NCBI GenBank assembly: GCA_021613535.1
Contig: CP075492.1
Coordinates: forward strand, 9,548,001 to 9,612,000
From: Adineta vaga
Taxonomy: Eukaryota; Animalia; Rotifera
Direction of reading: 5' to 3'
Length of the DNA: 64,000 nt
Shown here: positions 1-13,555 of the stretch, one piece after another
Layout of the letters: every line of letters begins with the position of its first letter
Position numbering within the stretch: the first letter of the stretch is position 1
The notes under the pieces: generated by a model
Databases searched by the model: none
Told to the model about the DNA's origin: nothing
What the model saw: only the letters and a program-made list of their open reading frames with translations
Made by a program: the position numbers and the translations under genes

Positions 1-3000
1 CCATTAATTATTCATACAAAAGGTCCATCATCGATTGGTGTAGATGTTAATTTTCTAAATTTTGAAAATGTCTATGGTATTCCTGAACATGCCGATGCAT
101 TTTCACTTCGTTCAACACAGTATGTTTAAGTAACTGTTCAAAATATAATGAAATCATCTTTTCTATAGTGATACCGATCCATATCGTTTATTCAATTTGG
201 ATATATTTGAATATGATATTCTAAATACTATGGCTTTATATGGTTCAATTCCATATATGCTTGCTCATAAGTAATTTCATGACGAAATCTTTGGCTGAAA
301 TTTAATCATGTAATTGTTTTTAGTGAACATGCCACTGTTGGTTTCTTTTGGTTAAATGCAGCTGAAGGTTGGATCGATGTTCAAAATGATAAATTAAATA
401 CAAAGGTAGGAAAATCTTCCTAATAAGAATAGATCTCATGCGCGAAAGATTACTTCGAAATCATGGAGTCTGTTTTGTTTTGTCTTGCAGAGTAACTGGT
501 TTAAAACTCAGGTAATACATGAACACGTGTCTTGCATGTGATCAGAAATAAAAGAAAACAATCTAGATCTTTGAAGCTTTCAAATGTTTTCTTTTTATCC
601 AGTAATTTAGCATGACTAATCAAACGATGATAGATATTTGTGTTTTCTAAATTAAAAAAGAAAATTTTTCGGACGATTTAACCGAAATGAAATATATAAA
701 TATTGGTTGATTTCTTTCTTTTTCTTTTTTGTTTAGAATATCTTTTCGACAATTACAAGTTTTTTTGGTTCAAAATCAAATAACGAAAATAATGAAGTAC
801 CAGAAGTAACAACGCATTGGATGTTTGAATCAGGCATTTTTGATGGATTCTTCTTCATGGGACCAACACCAAATGATATTTTTAAACAATATACAGCTAT
901 TACCGGATCTGTACCAACACCACCGGTAAATTGTACATTTATTCATATAAAAAAAATATCTTCATTATTTAGCTTTGGGCAATTGCATATCATCAATGTC
1001 GTTGGAATTATAATGATGAAGATGATGTCCGAGGGTATGTTCTATTTTCTTTTTGGTATTGTAGTTGAAATATGTAGAATTATTGTATTTAATTAGTGTA
1101 AATAATGGCTTTGAACAACATCAAATACCAGTCGATGTTATCTGGCTTGATATTGAACATACTAATGGTAAACGTTATTTCACCTGGGATACATCGAAAT
1201 TTCCCAATCCAGAAAAATTACAAGACGATATGGCTGTTTATGGTAGAAAAATGATAACAATTAGTGATCCACATATAAAAAAAGATGATGGATATCAATT
1301 ATATGCTGAAGCAAAATCACTTGGATATTATGTTAAAACAAAAGATGGTGCAGATTACGAAGGATGGTGTTGGCCAGGTTAGAATAGAACTTGTTATTGG
1401 AATGAGAAATAATAGAATCTAGGATTTCTGAAGAGACTAATGACTTAAACTATAAACATTTGTCATGATTTCGGCTGAGAATTAGATATTTTGAATTGAT
1501 TCTTTCGTATCAGAAACTAAGATTACTTGCTCTAGTCTTATGTGAAAGGATCATAATCATTTGTTAATCAACAGGTACATCAATGTGGCTTGATTACTTC
1601 AATCCAGAAATCTACAAATGGTATTCTCAACGTTATTCATATGAGAATTATAAAGGATCAACACCAAATCTTTTTATCTGGAATGATATGAATGAACCAT
1701 CGGTTTTCAATGGACCTGAAGTTACATTCCCGAAAGATATTGTACATTATGGTGGATGGGAAAATCGTGATGTACATAATTTATATGGTATGCTTCAACA
1801 TATGGCAACATTCGATGGTCTTTTAGAACGTTCTCATGGAAATATTCGACCATTTATTTTAACACGTTCATTTTTTGCTGGTTCACAACGAACATCAGCA
1901 GTATGGACTGGTGATAATGCTGCTCAATGGAGTCATTTGAAAATAGCTGTTCCTATGTTATTGAGTTTATCAGTTACTGGTATTGGTTTTATTGGTGCCG
2001 ATGTTGGTGGATTCTTCTTTAATCCAGATGCAAAATTACTTGTTCGATGGTATCAAGTATGTCTAATTAATATTTACTTGTCTGTGTCTATACAATTTTC
2101 TTTCTTTCATTTATTAGGCTGCAGCATATCAACCATTCTATCGTGAGCATGCACATATTGATACAGCTCGTCGTGAACCTTGGTTATTCGGAGATGATAA
2201 TACACGATTGATTCGACAAGCTATTGAACAACGTTATACTTATTTACCTTATTGGTATACATTATTTCACCGACAAGAAAAACAAGGTGTACCACCCATG
2301 TTACCATTATGGGCGAATTTTCCACGTGATAGAAATACATTTAAAACAGAAGATTCATTTATGGTTGGTATGTATCATAAATGAAGAGTTTATTTGATTA
2401 GAAAAAAAACTCTTTTCTTTTGAATAGGTAATGGTCTTCTTGTTTATCCGGTTACAGAAGCTGATATCAATCAAGTTACGGTTTATTTTCCAGGCGTAAA
2501 TACAGTAAGTAGATAGGAAAATTATTATAAAAGACTCATTCTTTTTTCCAAAGGTTTGGTATGATATACGAACATTTGCTCAACACAATGGTTCAGAAAC
2601 TGCACTTATCAATGTCGATATGGAATCCGTAAATGAAAATAATAGATCTTACTAGATTGTTATCATTTGGATATGTTTCAGATTCCTGTTTATCAATGTG
2701 GTGGCTCAATTATTCCACAACGATTACGAAAACGACGTGCATCAATGCTTGCTATACATGATCCAATCACTCTAGTTGTTGCACTTGATCGTAATGTAAG
2801 AGAATACAATTTAACAATATGTTGATTGGACATATTATTGAGAAAAAAATTGATTTTCTTTAGAATGAAGCTGAAGGTGAATTTTATTTGGATGATGGTC
2901 AAACATACAATTATCGTCATAAACATGAATTTATTCATCGTCGTTTCACATTTAAAAATAATGAACTTAAATCAACGTAAATAGTTATTTTCATTGAAAT

Positions 3001-3240
3001 TATTCTTTTTCTACTTTTGTTTCCTTTAGATCTCTTGATGCATCAGCTAAATTTGAAACAGATGCTTGGATTGAACGCATAGTTATTCTCGGTTATCCGA
3101 AAAATCCCAGTCGAGTTGCCATTCATTCAGGTGATAAACAAGCCATTCCATTACATAGCTATCAAGATGCATCTCAAACACTAATTATTCGACGACCTGG
3201 TCCATCTGTAACAGCCGATTGGACACTGATTCTTTCATAA
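1..3240 (+). CDS. GANAB: Neutral alpha-glucosidase AB (glucosidase II alpha subunit, GH31), 5'-partial, multi-exon
   Basis: Spliced exons give [33 protein letters not shown] (GH31 nucleophile), [26 protein letters not shown]; ends ADWTLILS* at 3240. Confidence 0.95.
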
Positions 3241-3472
3241 AATAATAGACATTTCGTAGTTTTATGCTTTGTTATCTTTCTTTCTAACCATCTTTTTTCC
3301 CTCTGCTTCTCTTTTGTTATTTCGGTGATTAATAAAGATTCTTATGTGTGCTGCTGCTGCTTTCTATTTTCTTGTTGTTGTTGTTCTACTACTTGTTATC
3401 ATCAAAGAAGGTAAGCTAGAGATCTTATCATTTGTTAGAACATTTTATTCGTTTGAATACACAAAAAGAGTC

Positions 3473-4693
3473 ATGATGAATATAAGATTGACATCAATTG
3501 GACTGATTTTAACATCTTTGATTTATTATAATTCTGCCCAACATGCTATATGTAATTCATTGGAAGGTTATGATACAAAATTTCTAGTGAAGTAAAGAAA
3601 ACAAATCATAATCGAATATATTTTGTGCTCATTTGAATCAATTCTCTAGTGCTGTTCAATGGCGAGTTACAACCGATTATCAATGCCTTGGTCATCTGGC
3701 TGCTAATTGTACTTACTTTATAAGTTTCTGTCAAAAAGGCAAGATATTTCTATATGAAAATAATTCAATGGAATCGACATCTTTGTTTTTCTTCAGCACC
3801 AAATTGTTTCAATGAATATTCGGCATGTCAAAATTCTTCGGCATCAACAAATGTAACTGTTCTAGGTGCCGTTTCAACTTCAGTTTTTTATGAAAATGGT
3901 AAATTTATTATAAAGATAATCATTCTTTTTATAGAACATTTGATGACTCGTTTTGGACAGATATGATTGAAGTTACTAACGTCATCATGACAGAAAATAA
4001 ATCTTCATCTCATTTCGTTTGTTATTTGCTTAGAACCCGGACAAAAAGGTTTCTATGCTCTATTTCCTAAGGGACCTATGCAAAATGTATCGAATACAAC
4101 AACATGTGAACCATCATTAAAATTAAAATTCAATTGCAATCGGGAAGCACATTGGTTTGCTCCCATTGGTGATGATACAGCAAATGCTCCACAACCAACA
4201 GATATTGATGTTGACGATAATTGCTTAGTAAGTTATTGATTGGTTTTGACTAGGAGGATTCTCAAATTTTTCTTATCTTGATGAACTTTTAGACAGTTAT
4301 GACATTCGATTTTCCGGGAGCATGTGCACATGGAGAAGAACCCGAAAAAGGAATGAGTGGTGGAGCAATATTTCTTCTTATGTATGTATGAAAGATATTA
4401 GTAGATTTATTCCATTCGGGTTTTTTTTAGTGTATTCTGTACACTTGTAACTTATTTCATCGTTGGTATAGGATATAATGGATTAGTTAAACATCAATCA
4501 GGTATTAATTTAATTCCAAATGCAGAATTTTGGGTTGGATTACCATTACATGCCATTGTGAGTGAATAGAATTTTTCTTGAAAATAGTTTTCATCGAACT
4601 ATTTTTTCTTTATTTTAGACCGGTTGTCGAACTATCCTTGGCTTCTGTTCAGGATCATCAAAACCAAGTCAAGCAACTTACGAATCTGTTTAA
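3473..4693 (+). CDS. Cation-dependent mannose-6-phosphate receptor / ATG27-like type I membrane protein
   Basis: Signal peptide, Cys-rich MRH-like lumenal domain ending FDFPGAC, GMSGGAIFLL-TM-YFIVGIGYN, LIPNAEFW motif, C-terminal YESV* sorting signal; one GC-AG intron 3739-3796. Confidence 0.8.
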
Positions 4694-5821
4694 ATCAAAC
4701 AATTTCTATTCTTTTCTTTTTGTTTGCCATGCGTGTGTTAAAACTAATCAAATATTCTTTTTTTTTTCCTAAAAAACATTCATAAATTTCGTCGAATAGC
4801 AAAAAAACAGAGATGACCATCAGTACAAGCAATCAGTCATTCTATAGATATTCATCTTTAATATATAATCTAACATTGTTGATACTTTCCAATATGTTAG
4901 TCAATTGTTTATTTAATACAATACCAAACATAAGAATTCTATTGATCGTTTCGAAATGATGTTGTCTATTCTTTAACTTTGTTATCTATCTTGTTTTATT
5001 TACTTTTCTCTTCACAACTTCAATTCTTCTCTTTGAATATTTGCTTTTCATTGAGATTTCATCAATGAGAAAAAAAGAAGGGATGCAAGTTGTTCTATTT
5101 GTTCTAACTGATAACAGCATAAGACAATTTTTTTTTCTTATATTTCATATAAAAACTGTAAATGAGTAATTCTTTTAAGTTATTTATTCGATTGTTCAGA
5201 TTTTATCATACCTATAGATAACATTTCGATTTCCATTGTTGTCATATATCGAATTAGTAGCACTGAGAGATATTTTCTTCATCGAACTTGTACGTGCATC
5301 TATTTCATTTACATATCCTGGAAAGACTCTCCAAATATTCATGAGTCAAGAAGAAGAAAAAGAAGCAGCAGAAGAGAAAAAACACATACGTCGTCGTTTT
5401 ATTTCGACTTTTTATTTAATTTGAATACACATACGAGTAGTCTCTTCTTTTTTTGCAGGTAAGAAATTCGACTTCCGATAAGTTTACTCGTCTGTTTTGT
5501 TTTTCATAAAACTCAACTCTATCTTGTTTCTCTTCGTTTTTGATAAATGACATTTTTTTTATAATGATAATCACTAGCGATAATTTTTATCAAATTTTCG
5601 TAGCCCCCGCTTGGAATGAGAACAGCAGGCATAGAAAGAGAAGAATCTTATCATTCTACTCCCATAAAAAAAAACATTTTCTATAGTACAATCAGACATG
5701 AGATTGAGTAATGATGTTTTCCAACGGTATGTTCTGTTTCATTAAGAAATATAATCTAAACTAAAAAAAAACCTATTGATCGTTTTTCTTATTTTGCTAG
5801 TGACATTAGTTTATCATCAGA

Positions 5822-7758
5822 ATGTCAACAACTTGGACAGAGAATAATGAAGAACCATTAGTCGAATCGATAATCAAAAATGAAAATACAGAACAAGAAG
5901 GTGAACATAGTAATCAATCTAATAGTAGTCATACCACATCATCATCAACGAATGATCGAGAACATACACCCATAATCCATCCTACCTACACTGAATCGAT
6001 ACAATTGAAAAATATTAATATTGTATCTTTGGATCATTCCCAACAAGAACAGTATTCATCAAATAATGGTAAAATTTATCTCGATATTTTTACTCGTAAT
6101 TTATTCTATCAAATAGAATCACCTACGTTTTCGGGTCCATTTATTCGATCCGATCTTCAATCATATACGGATCCAATAGTTTACTATGGCGATGGTATCA
6201 TTGATCCATTTCAACAGAATTATCCGCATTTACAACAAGGTTTAATAGACATATGATTTCCATCATTCGATGAATTTCTTTCTCTTAGTTCTGTATTCAC
6301 CATCATTGCCAAGTCTTCATCATTCTCCGCATTTATCATACGATGAATTAGCTCGATCTAGACAAATGTTTTGTGATAATGGTAGTCTTCAAACATGGTC
6401 ATCAAGTGAACCTCAACATTATTTATCATATCCGTCAACAACAATACCAAATATTAGTGAACTAGCACACTTTCCATCGCATCAAACTGATCAAGTCCAC
6501 TTTTGGCAAGATGCAGCCACTGGTGGAACATACATGCAATGTATCGGTATGATTTTCATTCAGTAAACTAATCAATATAGAAAAGATGTTATCCTTGTAG
6601 GTGCTTCCTGTTTGGATACGTCAAATACTCATGAATGTTTCAATTGCGGAATAATATCTGAACCACTTTGGCGACATGATGAGACAGGTCATTATTTATG
6701 TAATACTTGCCGTTTACGTTGTCGAATAGATAATTCAGATCGACCTTTACAGCGACATACATGTCGTTCAGTAAGAACATTTTTTTGATAAAAAACCAAA
6801 CGAACAAATATTTTTCATGAGATTTTTTTATTTGAGGATGAAGAAGATCATATTCGTTCAACTGCTATGGACACTTCCTTTTCGCTTCCACTTTCACAAT
6901 CAACAACAAAAATGTTATCATCATTAGCTCTTCAAGATACTGATAGAACATATACGACAACTAAAAACAATTCTTCTGTAAGTAATCCGAAGATTTTTAT
7001 TGATCAATATATTCCTTTTGTACATGCAGATTAATAAATCTATTTCTGACACAAACAATAAACGAGTAAGTTCATTTCTTTTGTTTTTTTGATATTTCCA
7101 GACGAAGTATTTTGTTGTAGGCTTTATCCAATCCAAGACGATCCGGTCTTCAATGTGCTAATTGTCAAACTCAAACGACAACATTATGGAGACGAAATTG
7201 CGATGGTGAACCCGTTTGCAATGCATGTGGTCTCTACTATAAACTTCATCATGTAAGAATTCAGATTCTTCTTTTAAATATGCTCATCATTATATTTAGG
7301 TCTCCCGCCCATTAAATATGGTTAAAGAAGGTATACAAACTCGTCGTCGAAAACAAAAGAGCAGCAATGGTATTCCAACTCCTAAAATAAAATATAATAA
7401 AACTGGAAATCCAATGGCTTCAATTAAAGAAACCAAAGGATGTACATCCGAAATAGGCCATCTTCATCATAATTTACAAAAAGGACTTGTAGATTATAAT
7501 TCACGACCGGGCGATTATCAATATGATGAATTACATTCAATTCATCATACATATCCATCAGCATTTGAACAACATCAACGTTATTCATCTTCACATCAAC
7601 TGGAAATGACAACGAATGGTTTTGATGCTGAATTATATGCAAGAGAAATTGTTACATCACCACATTCGCCGACAGGTTCATCAACAATCAATACTATGAA
7701 GAATACGGACGAGCAACATTTAAATGTAATGACAAGTGCAAATAACAATCAATCGTGA
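5822..7758 (+). CDS. GATA zinc-finger transcription factor (GATA4/5/6-like), two fingers
   Basis: N-finger CFNC-X17-CNTC (~6636-6710); C-finger [54 protein letters not shown]. Confidence 0.92.
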
Positions 7759-9411
7759 TAACATTTTCTTTTCTTTTGTATGTAAACACGATTATAGAAA
7801 AGTTTAATATGGATTGTTTTTGATTATGTGTTTTGAATAAATAATTTATACTGGTTCATTCAATAAATAACTGAGGTTTGTATAACGAAGAAATAAACTA
7901 GAAGAAAGTACATTTAGAATTAGAAACTATTTATGGATTCTTTAAAAAAAAAGATTATAATGTCTCATTCTATTCTATAATTGATGCGTTGATAATAATA
8001 GGTATTAGAAAAGATACTCAGTTTTGAATAGTATTTTTCAACGAACTGATTTTATAAATTCGAATGATCATTCTTTGGAAATCAACAGAAATGTTTTAAT
8101 TGTTTAAACTTTCTTATATAATTTAAGATTTATCCGTACTGTGAACTCAGCTAGAGTATTCTTCATTGATAATTTCTTAGAAACCATCACAAATCTTCGT
8201 TGTAATTTGTTAAATAAAAATTATTTATCATCAACTTTTGCACAACATTCATCACAATGGAAGCAACAAGAACATTTCTATACATTCAAATACAAACAGA
8301 CATACATACACTTCTACTAACATAAAATGATGACGTACATTTACAAGAATGTTGTGTAAAGTTCATTATTTTCGTCTACATTGTACAATATGTTCTCAAA
8401 CAAATATGTCTGTATACAAACAGACAAAGTATGTTAAATGAAAGGTTATCTTCATAAAACTCATTGAAAAGAAAGTCTATCAAATAAGTATCTCGATTTT
8501 CTAGTAACATGTATTCATAGTTTGTCTGTAGATCACGTAGATATTTATTGAATTTGATTACTGTTATCAAAACAAGTAATTACAAAAATTTTGCTTTGTT
8601 TCCGCTAGTATTGCATCTCAGACGACTATATTCAATAAAGCTTTGGAGTACATCTCTACATTCAGTTCAACATCATAGCAAAGAAAGAGAAAAGATTTTA
8701 AAACGATGGCGAATACTTCCTCTTTTATCAATGTAGCAATTAGTTTGCATAACACTTTTGATTTTCTATGAGATGAATTCAAACTAGGTTCTGATATACG
8801 CAGTTATTAAGTTGTTTAATTCCGTTGACTAAGCAAATCTAGGTCCCATCTGTCATTCTTTTGTACTTAGATGGCGATAAATACGGAATTATTGAAAAAA
8901 ACTCAGCAGGATAATAGTTTAATACCTTGAAAGCACGAGATCCATACTGGAAATAAATATGACCTTTAATAAAATATTTTTCTCGACGATCACAAGTTTA
9001 TAATCATAACTTTTTTGTCTATCAACAAGTCTTGAGATGTTCTAGAAGCACTAAGGATAATTATTCTTAACTGTTGGGAATTGAACATATTTTCTATAAA
9101 GATCAAAGATCAAACTCTTGTTTTTGATGGAAAACAAGTTATTACATAAGTTCATAAAATTCCTATAGTATGATGAAAAAAACATGAATATTAAATTTTG
9201 TTGGAAATAAGTCTGATTTTACTGTTACAAATCATTCTCGGATCGAACATAAATAGTCAAATTTGCTTTTTTTCTTACAAGAAACAAACGATGAAATTTG
9301 TAAACATACAACAATTACTTTTCTAGGTTATTTTGAAAACATATTCCATCTCTTTTTTCTACCCTGTGTACAAAAAAAGAATGAAGAAGAAGGTTAGTGA
9401 TTGCTTTTTGT

Positions 9412-9768
9412 TTAACCAAATTTTGGAATACCGGAAAATGCTGATGTAAACGCACGTTTGCCAAATTTTGGAATACCATGAAATAAATTGGACGTTAAAC
9501 GTTTTGGTTTAATTTCAGTACGAATAAAATCTTCCTGTTCATTCAGATGACAATCATCATAAAGTATACATAAGATTTTGAAATAATTCAATTTATTTTC
9601 ATGTTGTGTCATCAATGGTTTATTGATTTGATTTTGTTCATCCACATACGTTGGAGTTAGTGTTTGTTCTTGTTCATTTTGATCAACATATGAAATTGGT
9701 GAAGAGTAACAGTAAAAATTCAGAAGAACAAGAATGATCGTTAAATGAAATGATAAATGATGATGCAT
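9412..9768 (-). CDS. Neuropeptide precursor yielding two GIPKF-amide peptides
   Basis: Signal peptide, then KR-LTSNLFHGIPKFG-KR-AFTSAFSGIPKFG-stop (dibasic sites plus Gly amide donors); intronless. Confidence 0.88.
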   Translation of the reverse strand: MHHHLSFHLTIILVLLNFYCYSSPISYVDQNEQEQTLTPTYVDEQNQINKPLMTQHENKLNYFKILCILYDDCHLNEQEDFIRTEIKPKRLTSNLFHGIPKFGKRAFTSAFSGIPKFG

Positions 9769-11587
9769 GATGAAGAATCTTCTTGTCGTGGATGCGTACG
9801 TCTTATATCAATGATGAAGAAATAGATATGAATCTCTTCGAGAGATTTTCTATCTATCTATCTATCTATCTCTTTCTCTCTTTCTACTTTTTCGTCATCG
9901 TCTCGTTTCTTCTTCCTACATCCGAGTATCTTTTTATGAACTTGTTATCAAATTACTTGGTAACACTTTCAGTGAACAGAAAAGAATTTCGATCAATTCG
10001 ATAAACAAAATTTGTCGATGATAATAAACGATCTTTTCAATAAATAATCAAGAATGATCGATGAAATTGACATATTAATGATAGATATTGACAGATTAAC
10101 AAAAGGATCAATGTATATCTTATTCTCATTAATTTTTATCGAATTAATAATTGTAAAGAACTATACAAACAAAGAACGCCTACGATAGATTCTCATTCGT
10201 ATAGTTACACAAGAATATCTTTTTAGTTCGAAGGAAATCTTTCGAAATATAGATAATCATAGTAAATTATAAATATTAGCAGAGAGAGAGAGAGAAAGAA
10301 AAAACGACATATTGATGACACGCATCATTATCTATATAAAACATGAACTTGTTTGAGTGCTAAAAGCATTGAATTTGATCTAAACGAACATTTTTCTCCT
10401 AAATATCAATGACGTCTTTTGATAAATTTCTTTCCTAATTTGTTATTTGATAAAACTTTAGATTGATCATGGTTATCATTAGAACGGACGAAACTAATGA
10501 TGAATTCAATTCCATAATTGAGATATGCATATTAAGAAAGAAACATATCAAATATGAGTATTATTTTTTTCTAGTAACAAATTGTTCAGAATCATATCTA
10601 TGAAAATAAGTCATGTAATGATATTCCATAAGCCATTGCGTTTGTGGTCTTGTCATGATGATTGAGAGATAACTCACTATTATTGCATCCGATTGGACCC
10701 ATACAAATATGTCGATTAATTGTTATTTGTCAGAAACTGTAATATGCAAACAAGTAAAAGTCATGTTATTACGATTTCGACGACATAATACACGTTGATA
10801 AAAGATGCTGTTTTTAGATGCATAAAAAATGTCAACAGTTAGAATGATGGTTTTCAAAGTCAAATTATGTCTATTATAAAACAAATAAATCTTTATGCAC
10901 CTAAGTGTTCATTCAATATTTTCTAATTTTCTGTTGAAATAGCCACTTATCACATTACAGCATAAATTTAAAATAGGAAGTTAATTTTCACAAAATAGCA
11001 TTGTACCATAAATTGAATAAGGCATTATTACGTCAGAGCTTTATCTTTTACTCGAAAAAGTATAACTTGATCAGATCATCATCATGGTTCCTACGTTCCT
11101 TTAATTTCGCAAGAGGTTAAAATAATATTATTATCAAATATAATGAATATATCTTAATGAAACCACACACACACACCTACGTTCATAATCTTTTCATGAA
11201 AATATTTACTGATAAAAACTATGCCATATGGCATGAACTATTTGCTCAGAGTAAATAATTGGTTTTTATAAAATCATGATTAAGAAAGAATTAAGTCCAC
11301 ATTTTTTTTTGTTCAAATCTAGCTAAAGTTGTAAAATAGCAACTACTCAGAAATAATTAGTACGATTTTGAGTTAGTTCATATAATTAGTTTTCTATTCC
11401 TTTTTTTGTTCTTGTTCATATAAATAAAGGAACGAGTGCTGGTGAGGAAAAAAATTATTCTATCCCACGCATACGCACTACCCATGTGTATTGAAGCAGT
11501 ATTCAACAGTTTATAAGTATATAAGAAATATATTACAATACATTACATTATAGAAATTGAACATCAAGAAACGTTTACAATTTACCC

Positions 11588-11904
11588 ATGAATTTAAGTA
11601 AGAATATTTTCATTCATAAAACTTTTATTTGATTTGAATATTTGTTTTCTTAGCATACGTCTATCTTTTTATTACTCTGATAACTATTTTCTCTACTAAT
11701 GCTCTACCATATCCGTCTTCATTCTATTCGGATGATACTCCGGAATCACTCTTTGATGATTCATATATACAACGGCGAGAAGTTTTCGATCCATATGGAT
11801 TTAATTCTATATTAAGTCGATTTGTTGATCATGGACCATACTATGGTATGCAAAAGAAAAGAACTGTTCGCTTAATTGAAGAAGATATCTACGACACTAT
11901 ATGA
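11588..11904 (+). CDS. Small secreted neuropeptide-like precursor (86 aa; not in ORF track)
   Basis: Exons 11588-11597 and 11654-11904: MNLTYVYLFITLITIFSTNA-LPYPSSFYSDDTPESLFDDSYIQ-RR-EVFDPYGFNSILSRFVDHGPYYGMQ-KKR-TVRLIEEDIYDTI*; TATA-like at ~11512-11524. Confidence 0.75.
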
Positions 11905-12490
11905 CACATGTCAACATGTTCTGTTCACCAAAAAGAAAACAATGAACAACTTAGAATTTTAAATTGATCTAATTAAATGGATTGGGAAATAAAGGCAAAT
12001 CTGTAGTTCTCTTTTTTTGTTGCTTCATTTTTTGTGATTGTCTGCTGGTCAAACGTTTTTAGGAACAATCTACTTTGTCATCTTAATGTTAATAACAAAA
12101 AGAATAATAAATTTATTAAAATGGAATTAGCATGCTTTGTCGCGTAATAATATCACATCTTTCTATCCATTACTTTTTTTTCTTCATAGAAGGTGTATCG
12201 AAGAGGAAAATAATGGTATAGTATTTCAACAGACTGAAATTGAATAATGAGTTCATGATATTTATTGAGCTGATTTCGCCGCTTGCACGAAAAAAAAAGA
12301 TTTCTATATAATTTTGAAATTATGACCTTGATGACAGATGTCAAATGACATATAGAATGACAAAAGTCGATTAATACGCTCACAATTCTTCGCATCTGAC
12401 TATTAAGATAATTAGTTATGAAATATTTTCTTTTGCACTTGTTTAACTTTACAAGAACCGATCATTTGTCCAAATATTTGAAAATATTCT

Positions 12491-13314
12491 TTATGTAGAT
12501 GTTTTAAAAAAGAGTTTTTCTAATTGATGTATGTTAACTTTTAATTGTGTAATCACTGCATTGATATCTGACGTTGATTGATATTCTGCTTTTAATGATG
12601 ATATTGGTGATTCACGTTCGATATATTCACGTAGTACATAACAATTACCAACTTCATAGTGATAACGTGTATCGAAACATCGTACAAGTACACCATCGAC
12701 ACGCATAAAAAATCGAAGAAGAATGAAAAATCCACTTGGCATACAACGAATTTTTAATGTTAAATTTGACATTCCATTATCGGCTAATTCATCTTCATAA
12801 AGAGTAAATTCATCATAGAATAGAATTGGTTCTTGACGTTTTAATTTTTCTAAATCAAGTTGTTGATCAGTCGTTTCAATACGCCATGAACTATCACTTG
12901 ACGAACATAATGTACCTAGAAAAGAAAGTAATGATTTCTTTTGCTTTAAGTCAGAATAGTACCTTTATATCTTGTTGTATATGTCCAATCATATGGTCTA
13001 ACATAATCCAGTTCTCTATCTGTACTACGTGATTTTGCCCATATATCACTCATCGATACTTTAGGAATTTGTTCGAGATTATTATACATATCAATATGTT
13101 TTAATGCATCAAATGCATTGAATAAGATCTCTAATTTATTATCTTTATGAACAATTCTTAATGTTGTTTTATCAAAGATCATATCTGGTAAATGATTTGT
13201 TTCAAGACCAGTTTCATATTCTTGCCGTTTGGAACCTTCGGATGATAAAATTGATCCATGAGTCGTACTAATTGACCATTCATTATTAAATAGAATAGGT
13301 TGAGAATGAGACAT
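12491..13314 (-). CDS. TIPRL: TIP41-like protein (PP2A regulator)
   Basis: LPDMIF, FNAFDAL, PYDWTYTTRYKGT, YEDELADNG, FFILLRFFMRVDGVLVRCFDTR; 2 exons. Confidence 0.93.
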
Positions 13315-13555
13315 CTTAAATAAAGATACACACGCACAGAAAGAACAGATCACATACAAAAAGATTAATTATTAGTGGGCAAAAACAAGAAGAAAGCAAA
13401 AAAAACATTTTTTAGACAAACACTTATTGTATAAGTCAACATACAAGAAAAAAAGAAGGAACGGAGCTTAATAAAAGAGATCGTCAATAGAATAGATACG
13501 AAATATTCTGACACGAAAAAAAGAAACGAGAAAATTTTTATTTTTGATTAAAAAT

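Noticed and set aside
8376-9000. Short ORFs and exon-like pieces downstream of GATA
   Set aside because: No consistent spliced frame or recognizable product
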